Below are positions 14,195-26,986 of a stretch of 32,000 nt of DNA, piece after piece; within the stretch, counting starts at the first letter, position 1; each line of letters opens with the position of its first letter. This stretch comes from Schaalia odontolytica (GTDB taxonomy: Bacteria > Actinomycetota > Actinomycetes > Actinomycetales > Actinomycetaceae), in contig NZ_CP040006.1 in the NCBI RefSeq assembly GCF_005696695.1, positions 930,001-962,000 on the forward strand, in the 5' to 3' direction. Both the position numbers and the translations under genes were made by a program. The notes under the pieces were generated by a model. It did not search any database, was not told the origin of the DNA, and worked only from the letters and a program-made list of their open reading frames with translations.

Positions 14195-15394
14195 ATGACG
14201 TCTCAGGCAACGGAAACGATGAGTCACGCACCCCAGCATCCTCGCGCGGTCATGCGCAGCGCGCGAGGCTGTGCGCGCCTCCTGGCGGGTCTCGCCCTCT
14301 TTCTGGTGGCCCCCGTGTGGCTCGGCATCGCCGTGTCCGTCGGTGCATCGCACAGCATGCTGTGGCCCACCTGGTACGCGTGGGTGGCGACGCTCGCGGG
14401 CATCGGCCTGTGGGCGCGCGGGTGGATGCTGCGCCGCGTCGCCCGCGAGAACATGCGGAAGGCATCCGATGAGTGGGAGGCGCTCGAAAAGCGTCACCTG
14501 GAGGTCGAGCGTGCCTTTCTTCCACTCCTCGGGACCGGGCGCTACGACCGCGGTCTGACTGCGCGCCTCGAGGCAGCTCGGGCCGAGCACGAGAAACTTC
14601 GCGTTCGTCTTGCAACGGTGGTGACACCTCCGTTCCTCGCCTCGCTCAGCGCGGCAACAGCGTGGGAGGCGGATGAGATCGTCAAGGACTTCCACGGTCT
14701 GATGGATGCCCACGCCGCGATGATGGCCGCGCGCGATCTGTTCGCGCTGGCTCCTGCCTGGCGCAGGGTGTGGGAGAACGAGCTGGGGCCGGTGTACGAG
14801 GACCTAACCGTCGTCGAGACCATCACGCAAACTGTCCAGAGTAGAAGCATGGACCCGACCGTCCTCAGCATGGCTGCCTCCCTCGTGCTGTGGCTCGATG
14901 AGCAGCGCCTGGCTGTCAACGAGCTGGGGGCGAGTCTCGAGCGCGCGCAGATTGATCCTGCTGGGGCACTCACGCAGCTCGACCGCATCGCCGACGAGGC
15001 CAGGGTGCGGCTCGTGTGCCTCGTCGAGGCGGCTCTCGGTGCCGACACGTCCATGATTGGGCGGAGGCGTTACAAGCGCTGGAGGAAGGGCGCGGGGGAG
15101 AAGCTGCGCAGGAACGAGACATGCTACCTCGGCGCCTACCGGATCGCCGGCGTGACGTACACCTACAACCCCGCTCAGGCGATTCGCCTGACCGCAAACA
15201 GCGCGGGTATCAACCTCAAGGGGAGTGCGGCCCATTCCACCGCGCGCTTCACGGCGTTTGGCGCGGAGCTCTACGTGCCGCCCGCGTACCTCCATCGCTA
15301 CCTCGTGTGGGACGGAACCTCGCGGTACGGCTCCTCGCGAGCGAACTACCTGACGTCGGCCGCAAACCTCGATCCGCGCGGGCGCACACGCTGA
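14195..15394 (+). CDS. Two-TM membrane protein, paralog C of the three-gene family
   Basis: TM1 is ARLLAGLALFLVAPVWLGIAVSV and TM2 is WYAWVATLAGIGLWA, followed by the basic stretch RGWMLRRVAREN. Shared motifs are FALAPAWRRVW..ELGPVYEDL and YNPAQAIRLTANSAGINL. GGAG lies upstream of the ATG. Confidence 0.8.
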   Translation: MTSQATETMSHAPQHPRAVMRSARGCARLLAGLALFLVAPVWLGIAVSVGASHSMLWPTWYAWVATLAGIGLWARGWMLRRVARENMRKASDEWEALEKRHLEVERAFLPLLGTGRYDRGLTARLEAARAEHEKLRVRLATVVTPPFLASLSAATAWEADEIVKDFHGLMDAHAAMMAARDLFALAPAWRRVWENELGPVYEDLTVVETITQTVQSRSMDPTVLSMAASLVLWLDEQRLAVNELGASLERAQIDPAGALTQLDRIADEARVRLVCLVEAALGADTSMIGRRRYKRWRKGAGEKLRRNETCYLGAYRIAGVTYTYNPAQAIRLTANSAGINLKGSAAHSTARFTAFGAELYVPPAYLHRYLVWDGTSRYGSSRANYLTSAANLDPRGRTR

Positions 15395-15451
15395 GCGCTG
15401 TGCTCGGTGCCCGCCCATAGCCGATGTCACGCCCGTGGGGGCCTTCCCTCG

Positions 15452-15480
15452 TTGAAGGGGGTGGGGGCGTGTGCGATAAT
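15452..15480 (+). promoter_or_regulatory. Candidate housekeeping-sigma promoter of rpmE
   Basis: TTGAAG (15452-15457), an exact 17-nt spacer, then GATAAT (15475-15480). A TG at 15472-15473 gives an extended -10 (TGcGATAAT). Confidence 0.5.
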
Positions 15481-15609
15481 GTCGTGTCGGCTTACCGGTT
15501 CACCGGCATGCCCCAGGCGCTTTTGGCGCGCTGGAAGGTGAGTCCCCGCCAGATGCGGGGGACGCTGCATGTCCGGACCCGGGGCACCAAACGATCCAGG
15601 AGAAACTCC
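15481..15609 (+). promoter_or_regulatory. Structured 5' leader of rpmE (candidate L31 autoregulatory leader)
   Basis: About 120 nt between the candidate -10 and the ATG, holding several hairpins: CCGG-TTCA-CCGG, an imperfect CCAGGCGC-TTTT-GGCGCGCTGG, GTCCCCGC-CAGAT-GCGGGGGAC (one bulged G), and the GTCCGGAC palindrome. The SD AGGAGA is at 15596-15601. Confidence 0.4.
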
Positions 15610-15831
15610 ATGAAGCAGGGTATTCACCCCGAATACGTGGACACCGTCGTGACCTGCACGTGCGGCAACTCGTTCCACACCCGTTCCACCATCACCTCCG
15701 GTGAGATGCGCGTGGACGTGTGCTCGGCCTGCCACCCGTTCTACACGGGCAAGCAGAAGATCCTCGACACCGGCGGCCGCGTCGCCAAGTTCGAGGCTCG
15801 CTACGGCAAGCGCGTGCGCCCCTCCAAGTGA
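15610..15831 (+). CDS. rpmE: 50S ribosomal protein L31 (zinc-binding type A)
   Basis: [10 protein letters not shown]..., a CTCG...[12 protein letters not shown] four-Cys pattern, and AGGAGA 8 nt upstream. The 62-codon upstream extension in the ORF track is not supported. Confidence 0.93.
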   Translation: MKQGIHPEYVDTVVTCTCGNSFHTRSTITSGEMRVDVCSACHPFYTGKQKILDTGGRVAKFEARYGKRVRPSK

Positions 15832-15850
15832 GGGTGAGCGGCTAGCTCAA

Positions 15851-15894
15851 CGGCGGTGTCGTTGGCCTCACGGCCGACGGCGCCGCCGCTTTGT
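15851..15894 (+). terminator. Long hairpin between rpmE and prfA (terminator/attenuator candidate)
   Basis: CGGCGGTGTCGTTGGCC (15851-15867) pairs with GGCCGACGGCGCCGCCG (15872-15888). That gives a 17-bp stem including 3 G-U wobbles, with a TCAC loop. A weak CTTTGT tail follows. Confidence 0.45.
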
Positions 15895-15925
15895 CAACTG
15901 TATGGAACGAAGGAAGTGGTGAATC

Positions 15926-17020
15926 GTGGCCGCGACGGATGAACTCGGTGCCCTGGGCCCCCTGCTGCAGGAATATGAGCAGGTCGAGGCGCAGATGGCG
16001 GATCCCCAGACGCTGGCGGACCCGCAGCTGATGCGCCGAGTCGGCCGACGCTACGCCGAGCTTGGCCGCGTGAAGGCCGCTGCCGATAGGCTCTCCTCAG
16101 CCTCGGGAGACCTCGAGGCCGCCCGAGAGCTGGCCGCCGAAGATCGTTCCTTCGCCGACGAGATTCCCGCCCTCGAGGAAGAGGAAGCGGCCGCCCACGA
16201 GGCGCTCGTGAAGATTCTGGCTCCCCGCGACCCCGAGGATGCGATGGACGTCATCCTTGAGATCAAGGCGGGTGAGGGCGGCGAAGAATCCGCGCTGTTC
16301 GCCTCCGATCTGGCGCGCATGTACGCCCGCTACGCGGAGGCGCACGGCTGGAGCGTCACCGAGATGAGTGCGACCCACACGGAGCTCGGCGGTTTCAAGG
16401 ACATTACGCTCGCGATCCGTGCGAAGGGCACGCCCGCACCCGACGAGGGCGTGTGGGCGCACCTGAAGTACGAGGGCGGGGTGCACCGCGTGCAGCGCGT
16501 GCCCGTCACCGAGTCGCAGGGCCGCATTCACACGAGCGCCGCAGGCGTTTTCGTCATGCCGGAGATCGAGGATGACGAGGAGATCGTCATCGACCCGAAC
16601 GATCTGCGTATCGACGTCTATCGGTCCAGCGGTCCCGGTGGCCAGTCGGTCAACACGACCGACTCCGCCGTGCGCATCACGCACATTCCCTCGGGCATCG
16701 TCGTGTCGATGCAGAATGAGAAGTCGCAGCTGCAGAACAAGGAGGCCGCGCTGCGCGTGCTGGCCTCGCGACTGGCCGCCGAGGCGAGGGCGAAGAAGGA
16801 AGCCGAGGCCTCGGCCCAGCGTCTGTCCCAGGTGCGCACCGTGGATCGCTCGGAGCGTATCCGCACCTATAACTTCCCGGAGAACCGCATCGCGGATCAC
16901 CGCACGGGCTTCAAGGCTCACAATCTGGACGCGGTTCTGTCCGGTGCGCTCGATGCAGTGATCGCTTCGCTGCAGGAAGCTGATGAGGCTGAGCGCCTGG
17001 CTGCCGCCGCTCAGTCGTGA
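15926..17020 (+). CDS. prfA: Peptide chain release factor 1
   Basis: GGQ motif in [27 protein letters not shown] start at 15926 with GAAGGAAG 8 nt upstream. Confidence 0.95.
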   Translation: MAATDELGALGPLLQEYEQVEAQMADPQTLADPQLMRRVGRRYAELGRVKAAADRLSSASGDLEAARELAAEDRSFADEIPALEEEEAAAHEALVKILAPRDPEDAMDVILEIKAGEGGEESALFASDLARMYARYAEAHGWSVTEMSATHTELGGFKDITLAIRAKGTPAPDEGVWAHLKYEGGVHRVQRVPVTESQGRIHTSAAGVFVMPEIEDDEEIVIDPNDLRIDVYRSSGPGGQSVNTTDSAVRITHIPSGIVVSMQNEKSQLQNKEAALRVLASRLAAEARAKKEAEASAQRLSQVRTVDRSERIRTYNFPENRIADHRTGFKAHNLDAVLSGALDAVIASLQEADEAERLAAAAQS

Positions 17021-17928
17021 TTGGAGGAGACATGGGGACGTGGTCTGTGACGGATGCGCGTTCGTGGGCGCGCGAACGCCTGACGAAGGCCGGCATCGAC
17101 TCGGTCGATGCGGACGTGCGTGAGCTGCTCGAGTGGGCGTGTGACGCCTCGTCCCAGTGGGACCTGCCGGCGGAGCTGAACGAGGACCAGGCCGAGAAAC
17201 TGCGCTCGGCGGTGGGGGAGAGGGCTCTGCGCATTCCCCTTCAGCACGTCACGAGTCGCATGTTCTTCCGTGGCTTGACCCTTGCCGCCCGCCCCGGCGT
17301 GTTCGTCGTGCGCCCGGAGACCGAGGTTCTTGCCGGCCTCGCGATTGACGAGGCCATGGCGGTCGTCGCCCGCCACGGTGAGGCTCGCGTCGTCGACCTG
17401 TGCGCCGGCTCCGGCGCGATCGGGCTGGCGGTCGCCGTTGAGACCACCTGCACGGAGGTCTGGGCAGTCGAAAAGGAAGCCGAGCCCTTCGCCCTGGCCT
17501 GTCAGAACCGTGACGCTGTGGGGGTTCCCTGCCTGCACTTGGAGCGAGGCGACGCGACGGATTCGGCGACGCTTGCGCACCTGGACGGCATGGTTGACGT
17601 CGTCGTCACCAACCCGCCCTACGTTCCCGCCGATGAGATGCCCACTCAGCCCGAGGCCAGCGCTGATCCGCACGTCGCCCTGTACGGGGGAAGCCCGGAT
17701 GGAACCGAGATCCCCGCGCGCATCGCGCGTCGCGCGCTCACCCTCCTGCGTCCCGGCGGTGTCCTGCTGATGGAACACTCGCCCTCGCAGGAAGAAGCCA
17801 TGGTGGCGATCGCCGCGCAGCTCGGAATGACGGACATCGCAACCCTGCCCGACCTGGCTGGCAGGCGACGTTTCCTGAGCGCCCGCGCGCCCGAATCGAC
17901 GAAGCCCACGGCATCCGTGACACAATGA
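17017..17928 (+). CDS. prmC: Release-factor glutamine N5-methyltransferase (HemK/PrmC)
   Basis: NPPY motif (VVTNPPYVP) and the SAM-binding motif [13 protein letters not shown]. The GTG at 17017 overlaps the prfA TGA. The ATG at 17032 is an alternative start. Confidence 0.85.
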   Translation: MIGGDMGTWSVTDARSWARERLTKAGIDSVDADVRELLEWACDASSQWDLPAELNEDQAEKLRSAVGERALRIPLQHVTSRMFFRGLTLAARPGVFVVRPETEVLAGLAIDEAMAVVARHGEARVVDLCAGSGAIGLAVAVETTCTEVWAVEKEAEPFALACQNRDAVGVPCLHLERGDATDSATLAHLDGMVDVVVTNPPYVPADEMPTQPEASADPHVALYGGSPDGTEIPARIARRALTLLRPGGVLLMEHSPSQEEAMVAIAAQLGMTDIATLPDLAGRRRFLSARAPESTKPTASVTQ

Positions 17929-18599
17929 ACACGATGAGTACAGAGACGATCCTGAGCGCCGTTCCTTCCCTGAGCGAGGACGACCTGGCGCGCGCCCAGC
18001 GGGAGCTGCGCGACGGCCATCTCCTCGTCGTACCGACGGACACCGTCTACGGCATTGGCGCGGATGCGGCCAACGCCGAGGCCGTCGCCGCCGTCCTGTC
18101 CGCCAAGGGCCGCGGACGGCAGATGCCTCCGCCCGTGCTCGTCGCCTCCGTCGACGCGATCGACTCGCTGTGCGTCGATGTGCCCGAGGCCGCCCGCGCT
18201 CTTGCGCGTGCCTTCTGGCCCGGCGGACTCACCCTCATCCTGCGTGCCCGCCCCGACCTCGGGTGGGACCTGGGCGAAACCGGCGGCACCATTGGTGTGC
18301 GCATGCCGAACCAGACGGCCCTCCTGCGCCTCCTGCATGACTTCGGACCAATGGCCGTCACCTCCGCGAACCTGACCGGTCAGCCCCCCGCGACCTCGGT
18401 TGAACAGGCCGTCGGATACTTCGGAACCCGAGTGTCCGCCTACCTCGACGGTGGTCCCACCCAGGGTTCCACGGCCTCGTCGATCGTTGACTTCGCGCAC
18501 GAGACGCCCCGCGCGCTCCGCCTGGGGACCATCTCCCTGGATGACCTCAGTGCAGCCGCTGGCGTGCCCATCGCCCCCGTCGAAGGGGCCGCTTCGTGA
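17925..18599 (+). CDS. tsaC: L-threonylcarbamoyladenylate synthase (Sua5/YrdC/YwlC family, YrdC domain only)
   Basis: Motifs LLVVPTDTVYGIGADA, GRQMPPPVL, VTSANLTG. ATGA overlap with prmC (17925-17928). Confidence 0.85.
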   Translation: MNTMSTETILSAVPSLSEDDLARAQRELRDGHLLVVPTDTVYGIGADAANAEAVAAVLSAKGRGRQMPPPVLVASVDAIDSLCVDVPEAARALARAFWPGGLTLILRARPDLGWDLGETGGTIGVRMPNQTALLRLLHDFGPMAVTSANLTGQPPATSVEQAVGYFGTRVSAYLDGGPTQGSTASSIVDFAHETPRALRLGTISLDDLSAAAGVPIAPVEGAAS

Positions 18600-19702
18600 A
18601 GGTCTACCTGCTGCTGGGGGCCATCGCGATGGCCCTGACGATCCTGCTGACCCCGGCCGTGCGCTGGGCGTGCCTGCAGTTCAATATCTTGCCGCCCCTG
18701 CGCGGACGGGACCTGCAAAAGAAACCCATCCCGCGCCTGGGCGGCGTCGCGATGACCATCGCACTGATCGTCACGATGCTGCTTGCCTCCCGGATCCCCT
18801 ACATGGCGCCGCTCTTTACGACGACGGTCCCGTGGGCCGTCATGGCCGGCGCCGGCGCCATGTGCATCCTCGGCATCGTCGATGACATCATCGAACTCGA
18901 CTGGATGGCCAAGCTCGGTGGGCAGGTCCTCATCGCGGGCGGCATGGCTTTCGGCGGCGTGCAGCTGGCCTCGTTCCCGATTTTCGGCCTGACGCTCGGA
19001 TCCTCCCGACTGTGGCTCTTCGTCTCCGTCTTCTTCATCGTCGGCATCATGAACGCCGTCAACTTCATCGACGGACTCGACGGTCTGGCATCCGGCATGA
19101 TCGCGATCGGCGCAGGGTCCTTCTTCGTCTACTCCTACATCATCACCCGGCTCATGGGCGCGGCCTCCTACGCGACGACCGCCAGCCTCATCGTGATCGC
19201 GCTGCTCGGGGTGTGCGCCGGCTTCCTCTGGTTCAACTTCCACCCCTCCTCGATCATGATGGGCGGGGGAGCGGAGACCATGGGACTCGTCCTGGCCGCC
19301 GCCGGCATCATCGTCACCGGCAAGATCGATCCGTCGCTGCTCGGTCGGCAGCAGATGATCGTGTCCGCGCTGCCGCTCATCCTCCCGCTGTCGGTCATCT
19401 TTATGCCCGTCCTCGACCTGGTCGTCACCTCGATTCGCCGCATGAGCCGAGGGAAGAGCCCCTTCGTTGCCGACCGCTCCCACTTCCACGACCGTCTCCT
19501 CGTTGCCGGGCACTCTCACCGCGGGGTCGTTGCGATCCTGTGGATGTGGACCGCCATTGTCTGCGTCCCCGCCGTCGGGCTCCTCGTCTTCGAGTGGTGG
19601 AGCGTCACTCTCGTCGCAGTCACCGCTGCGGCTATCGGCGTGGCCGTCACGACCCGAGAATTCCCCAAGGAAGAGACCACTCCCGAGGAGGTTTCCGCAT
19701 GA
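18596..19702 (+). CDS. wecA: MraY/WecA-family polyprenyl-phosphate N-acetylhexosamine-1-phosphate transferase
   Basis: Polytopic membrane protein with the motif NAVNFIDGLDGLASG. GTGA overlap with tsaC. It sits in the rfe/wecA position just upstream of the atp operon. Confidence 0.8.
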   Translation: MKVYLLLGAIAMALTILLTPAVRWACLQFNILPPLRGRDLQKKPIPRLGGVAMTIALIVTMLLASRIPYMAPLFTTTVPWAVMAGAGAMCILGIVDDIIELDWMAKLGGQVLIAGGMAFGGVQLASFPIFGLTLGSSRLWLFVSVFFIVGIMNAVNFIDGLDGLASGMIAIGAGSFFVYSYIITRLMGAASYATTASLIVIALLGVCAGFLWFNFHPSSIMMGGGAETMGLVLAAAGIIVTGKIDPSLLGRQQMIVSALPLILPLSVIFMPVLDLVVTSIRRMSRGKSPFVADRSHFHDRLLVAGHSHRGVVAILWMWTAIVCVPAVGLLVFEWWSVTLVAVTAAAIGVAVTTREFPKEETTPEEVSA

Positions 19703-19992
19703 CCTACGTGCTCGCCCTCGCCATGGTCGTCGTCATCGTTGCGGCGCAGTGGTTTTTCACGTCGCGCGCCCTGCGATCGCCCTCCCACTTCATCGGATGG
19801 GTGACCGGCGGATACGCGGCGAAGATCGCTCTGCTCGCCATCGGACTGTACGTTCCGCGCGCGCTGGGCATGGACGTGCGAGTTGCCGCAATCGCCACGA
19901 TCATCGCGATTATCGTGTCCTCGACCGTCGAGATGATGGTTATGATGCGCAAGCGCACGATGAACGTGGACGCGCCGAGCGACACTCAGTAA
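19699..19992 (+). CDS. Small 3-TM membrane protein in the AtpI/Rv1303-like position upstream of atpB
   Basis: The ATG at 19699 overlaps the wecA TGA (ATGA). The 97-aa product has three hydrophobic segments. Only the last 98 codons of track ORF 19012..19992 are taken as coding. Confidence 0.6.
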   Translation: MTYVLALAMVVVIVAAQWFFTSRALRSPSHFIGWVTGGYAAKIALLAIGLYVPRALGMDVRVAAIATIIAIIVSSTVEMMVMMRKRTMNVDAPSDTQ

Positions 19993-20074
19993 CCCTTGCG
20001 CGCGCTAGGCGGCCCCTTCTCTGTATAGAATGGTTGAGTTGCCCCGGCAGCAGACACAAACCAATGGAGTTGAG

Positions 20075-20965
20075 ATGAAGGAGGCACATTCAGTGTCCGA
20101 TCACGCGCCTGCTCGCCGCACCGCGTCCAAGCCGCGTTGGTATTGGGTGAGCCTCGCGGTCCTTCTCATCGTCATCGCACTCACCGCGTACCCTGCGTTC
20201 ACGCAGCACCCCCACCAGCCGGCCCTCGAGGACTTTTTCCCGACCGTGATTTTTGGTGAGGGAACGTTCTTTGAGTTCAACCGACTGACTCTCGCCCGCG
20301 TCATCATGGGCGTACTCGTCTCGCTCATCCTCGTCGCAGTCGCGCGCAAGCCTCAGCTGGTGCCGACCCGCGGCCAGATGGCCGTCGAGGCGATCGCCGG
20401 CTACATTCGCGACAATGTTGCCCTCGACATGCTTGGCCCCAAGACCGGCCGCAAGTTCTCCGGCTTCATTGGCTTCCTGTTCTTCGGCGTCCTGTCCATG
20501 AACATTGCGGGCATCATTCCCGGCATCAACATCGCAGCCTCGTCGGTTGTCGCCGTGCCGATGGTCTTCGCTCTCATCACGTACGTGACCTTCATCGGTG
20601 CGGGTATCTCCAAGCAGGGCGTCGGCGGTTTCTTTTCCTCGCAGCTTTTCCCGCCGGGACTGCCCGTCCCCATGTACCTGCTGATCACGCCCATCGAGTT
20701 CCTCTCGAACTTTATCGTTCGCCCCGTCACGCTGACCCTGCGTCTTCTGTGCAACATGATCTCGGGCCACCTCCTGCTGGGTATGACCTACTTTGGAACG
20801 GCGATTCTGCTCCACGAACTCTCCGTCCTGTCCGCCGCGTCCGCGCTGACCGGTGCCGCCATGTTTGTCATGACGGGCTTCGAGGTCTTCGTGGCCTTCC
20901 TGCAGGCGTACATTTTCACGATCCTGTCGACCGTCTACATCAAGCTTTCCGTCGAACATCACTGA
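20075..20965 (+). CDS. atpB: F0F1 ATP synthase subunit a
   Basis: Conserved C-terminal helices with the essential Arg (LTLRLLCNMISGHLLL). The start is uncertain: ATG 20075 has GGAG upstream, while the in-frame GTG at 20094 is preceded by a strong GAAGGAGG. Confidence 0.88.
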   Translation: MKEAHSVSDHAPARRTASKPRWYWVSLAVLLIVIALTAYPAFTQHPHQPALEDFFPTVIFGEGTFFEFNRLTLARVIMGVLVSLILVAVARKPQLVPTRGQMAVEAIAGYIRDNVALDMLGPKTGRKFSGFIGFLFFGVLSMNIAGIIPGINIAASSVVAVPMVFALITYVTFIGAGISKQGVGGFFSSQLFPPGLPVPMYLLITPIEFLSNFIVRPVTLTLRLLCNMISGHLLLGMTYFGTAILLHELSVLSAASALTGAAMFVMTGFEVFVAFLQAYIFTILSTVYIKLSVEHH

Positions 20966-20991
20966 CCCCCAACGCCACCCGGCGTTACTAA

Positions 20992-21778
<787 letters not shown>

Positions 21779-21782
<4 letters not shown>

Positions 21783-22597
21783 CACAGATGCGCACGATCG
21801 AGTCCGTCCCCTTTGCGAAGGAGCTGGCGGCGGCCCTGGCCACACCCGGCACCGACCCAATGCGGGTTGCCGAGGATTTTTTCGGCCTGGCTGACCTGTT
21901 CAAGGAGAACACTCGTCTCGCGCGTGCAGCGACCGACCCGGCGCGGTCGGTCGCAGATAAGCAGGGGCTCGCCTCCAGCGCGTTCGCTTCGCACGTGACG
22001 GCTGCGACGCTGTCCGTCGTGAATGCGGTCGTCGCCGACCACTGGCGTCATCCGGCGGATGTGGCGGACACGCTCGAAGTGCTCGGCATCCTCGGCGTGC
22101 TCAATGCCGCCGGTGCCCAGGGAGCTCTCGAGCAGGTCCGTGAGGAGCTGTTCCAGGTGCGCTACTTCCTGGCACACCACCGCGAGGTCCGCGTGCGCCT
22201 GTCGGATAAATCCAAGGGCGACGCACACGAGCGCGGCGATGTCGCGTCGAAGCTTTTCGGCAAGCACGTCAGCACCTGGACGATGCGTCTCGTGCGTCGG
22301 GCGGTCGGACGCTCGAACCACGGTCGTCTGCTGCACAACCTGCGTCGCTACGCCCAGTGGGCAGCGACTATGCAGGACCGTCTCTTCGTTACCGTCGCCA
22401 CGGCGACCCCGATGAGTGAGACTCAGGTTGAGCGCCTTCGTTCCATCCTCTCGAAGCGCTACGGCACGGACGTTGACCTGGCGATCTCGATTGATCCCGA
22501 GGTCGTGGGCGGATTCCGCCTGCGCGCGGGCATGACCGCGATCGACGCCTCGTTGGCCAGCCGCATCAGTGCAGCGCGCGACGCGATCGCCAGCTAG
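21779..22597 (+). CDS. atpH: F0F1 ATP synthase subunit delta (long actinobacterial form, 272 aa)
   Basis: OSCP/delta C-terminal signature IDPEVVGGFRLRAGMTAIDASLASR. ATGA overlap with atpF. Confidence 0.88.
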
Positions 22598-22644
22598 CAC
22601 TTCTCGTACACACATTAATTTCTTTTACCTAGTTAGGAATCCTC

Positions 22645-24282
22645 ATGGCTGACCTCAGCATCTCCCCGGAGGAAATCCGCGGAGCACTGGACTCCTTTAT
22701 GGAGTCCTACCGTCCGGCGGACGTGGCCACCGAAGAGGTGGGTCACGTCATCGAAACGGCCGATGGTATCGCGCACGTCGAGGGCCTGCCCGGCACCATG
22801 GCGAACGAGCTGCTGCGTTTCGAGGACGGGACGCTGGGCCTGGCCATGAACCTCGACCAGCGCGAGATCGGTGCCGTCGTCCTCGGTGACTTCGGCGGCA
22901 TCGAAGAGGGCCAGGTCGTGCACCGCACGGGCGAGGTTCTCTCGGTTCCCGTCGGTGACGGCTACCTGGGTCGCACGGTCGACCCGCTTGGCCGCCCGAT
23001 CGACGGCCTCGGCGAGATCACGGACCTGGACGGGCGCCGCGCGCTCGAGCTGCAGGCGCCCGGCGTTATGGCGCGTAAGAGCGTCCACGAGCCCCTCGCG
23101 ACCGGTCTGAAGGCCATCGACTCGATGATCCCGGTTGGCCGCGGCCAGCGTCAGCTCATCATCGGCGACCGCAAGACCGGTAAGACCGCGATCGCCCTCG
23201 ATACGATCCTCAACCAGCGTGAGAACTGGAAGAGCGGCGACCCGAACAAGCAGGTGCGCTGCATCTACGTGGCGATCGGCCAGAAGGGCTCGACCATCGC
23301 TTCGGTGCGCTCCACGCTCGAGGACGCTGGCGCCATGGAGTACACGACCATCGTGGCCTCCCCGGCCTCGGATCCCGCCGGCTACAAGTACATGGCCCCC
23401 TACACGGGTTCCGCCATCGGTCAGCACTGGATGTACCAGGGCAAGCACGTCCTCATCGTCTTCGACGACCTGTCCAAGCAGGCCGAGGCCTACCGCGCCG
23501 TGTCGCTGCTGCTGCGTCGCCCGCCGGGCCGCGAAGCCTACCCCGGTGACGTCTTCTACTTGCACTCCCGCCTGCTGGAGCGTTGCGCGAAGCTCTCGGA
23601 TGCCCTGGGTGGCGGTTCGATGACCGGCCTGCCGATCATCGAGACCAAGGCGAACGACGTGTCGGCCTACATCCCGACCAACGTCATTTCGATCACCGAC
23701 GGTCAGATCTTCCTGCAGTCCGACCTGTTCAACTCGAACCAGCGTCCCGCCGTCGACGTCGGTATTTCCGTGTCCCGTGTTGGTGGCGCGGCGCAGCCCA
23801 AGGCCATGAAGAAGGTCGCCGGTACGCTCAAGCTGACGCTCGCGCAGTACCGCTCGATGGCTGCCTTCGCCATGTTCGCTTCCGACCTGGATGCGGCGAC
23901 TCGTCGTCAGCTGACCCGCGGTGAGCGCCTCATGGAGCTGCTCAAGCAGCCTCAGTCCACGCCTTACGCGATGGAAGACCAGGTCGCCTCGATCTGGATG
24001 GGCACCAAGGGCTACATCGATGACATCGAGGTCGAGGACGTCCTGCGCTTCGAGCGCGGCCTGCTCGACCACCTCCACGCGAACTCCACCGTGCTCGACA
24101 CGATCGCGGCGACCGGCGACCTGACCTCCGAGACGGAGGAGGCGCTCAAGAACGCCGTTGAGGAGTTCCACCACCAGTGGATCAGCGCCGGACGTGGCGC
24201 CGCCGAACTCGAGGACGGCGAGGTCGTGGCTGAGCGCACCCGCGAGGAAATCTCGCGCGGTCGCACGAGCGAGAAGGCCTAA
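22645..24282 (+). CDS. atpA: F0F1 ATP synthase subunit alpha
   Basis: Walker A GDRKTGKT and high similarity to alpha subunits throughout. AGGA lies 6 nt upstream of the ATG. Confidence 0.96.
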   Translation: MADLSISPEEIRGALDSFMESYRPADVATEEVGHVIETADGIAHVEGLPGTMANELLRFEDGTLGLAMNLDQREIGAVVLGDFGGIEEGQVVHRTGEVLSVPVGDGYLGRTVDPLGRPIDGLGEITDLDGRRALELQAPGVMARKSVHEPLATGLKAIDSMIPVGRGQRQLIIGDRKTGKTAIALDTILNQRENWKSGDPNKQVRCIYVAIGQKGSTIASVRSTLEDAGAMEYTTIVASPASDPAGYKYMAPYTGSAIGQHWMYQGKHVLIVFDDLSKQAEAYRAVSLLLRRPPGREAYPGDVFYLHSRLLERCAKLSDALGGGSMTGLPIIETKANDVSAYIPTNVISITDGQIFLQSDLFNSNQRPAVDVGISVSRVGGAAQPKAMKKVAGTLKLTLAQYRSMAAFAMFASDLDAATRRQLTRGERLMELLKQPQSTPYAMEDQVASIWMGTKGYIDDIEVEDVLRFERGLLDHLHANSTVLDTIAATGDLTSETEEALKNAVEEFHHQWISAGRGAAELEDGEVVAERTREEISRGRTSEKA

Positions 24283-24285
24283 GCG

Positions 24286-26688
<2,403 letters not shown>

Positions 26689-26689
<1 letters not shown>

Positions 26690-26961
26690 TGGCATCGGGC
26701 AAGTCCTTGCAGGTCGAGGTCGTCTCCCACGAGGGACGCCTGTGGCACGGCGCGGCTGCGTCCGTCCAGTTTCCGACGGTCGACGGAAGCCTCGGTGTGC
26801 TGCCAGGCCGTCAGCCGCTCCTCGCTCAGCTGAGCGAGGGAACTGTGACGGTGTCGCGCGCGGACGAGGTCGTGTCCTTCCAGGTCACTGGGGGATTCGC
26901 CTCAGTCGACTCGGATTTCGTCACGGTCGTGGCCGACCACGCTACAGTGGCAGAACAGTAA
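26689..26961 (+). CDS. atpC: F0F1 ATP synthase subunit epsilon (short, 90 aa)
   Basis: Beta-sandwich N-terminal domain pattern (LQVEVVSHEGRLW...VQFPTVDGSLGVLPGRQPLLAQL). TGATG overlap with atpD. Confidence 0.88.
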
Positions 26962-26986
26962 TTCGACGCAACGCGAGGAGGACCTC

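Noticed and set aside
11216-15394. Compositional evidence that the paralog array was horizontally acquired
   Set aside because: Hand counts of A/T-ending codons gave 19/60 at the paralog A start and 14/60 in mid paralog B. The atpA start gave 12/60 and the prmC start 10/60. The samples are small, atpA is a highly expressed gene, and the paralog A sample covers a TM region, so the difference is too weak to claim foreign origin. No flanking repeats, integrase or tRNA are present.
15424-15609. 62-codon upstream extension of the rpmE ORF
   Set aside because: L31 proteins start at MK.GIHP. The extension overlaps the predicted promoter and leader, and a good SD precedes the ATG at 15610.
19012-19698. 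Upstream 229 codons of ORF 19012..19992
   Set aside because: They overlap wecA in a different frame with an Arg/His/Pro-rich translation. Only the final 98 codons, from the ATG overlapping the wecA stop, look like a membrane protein.
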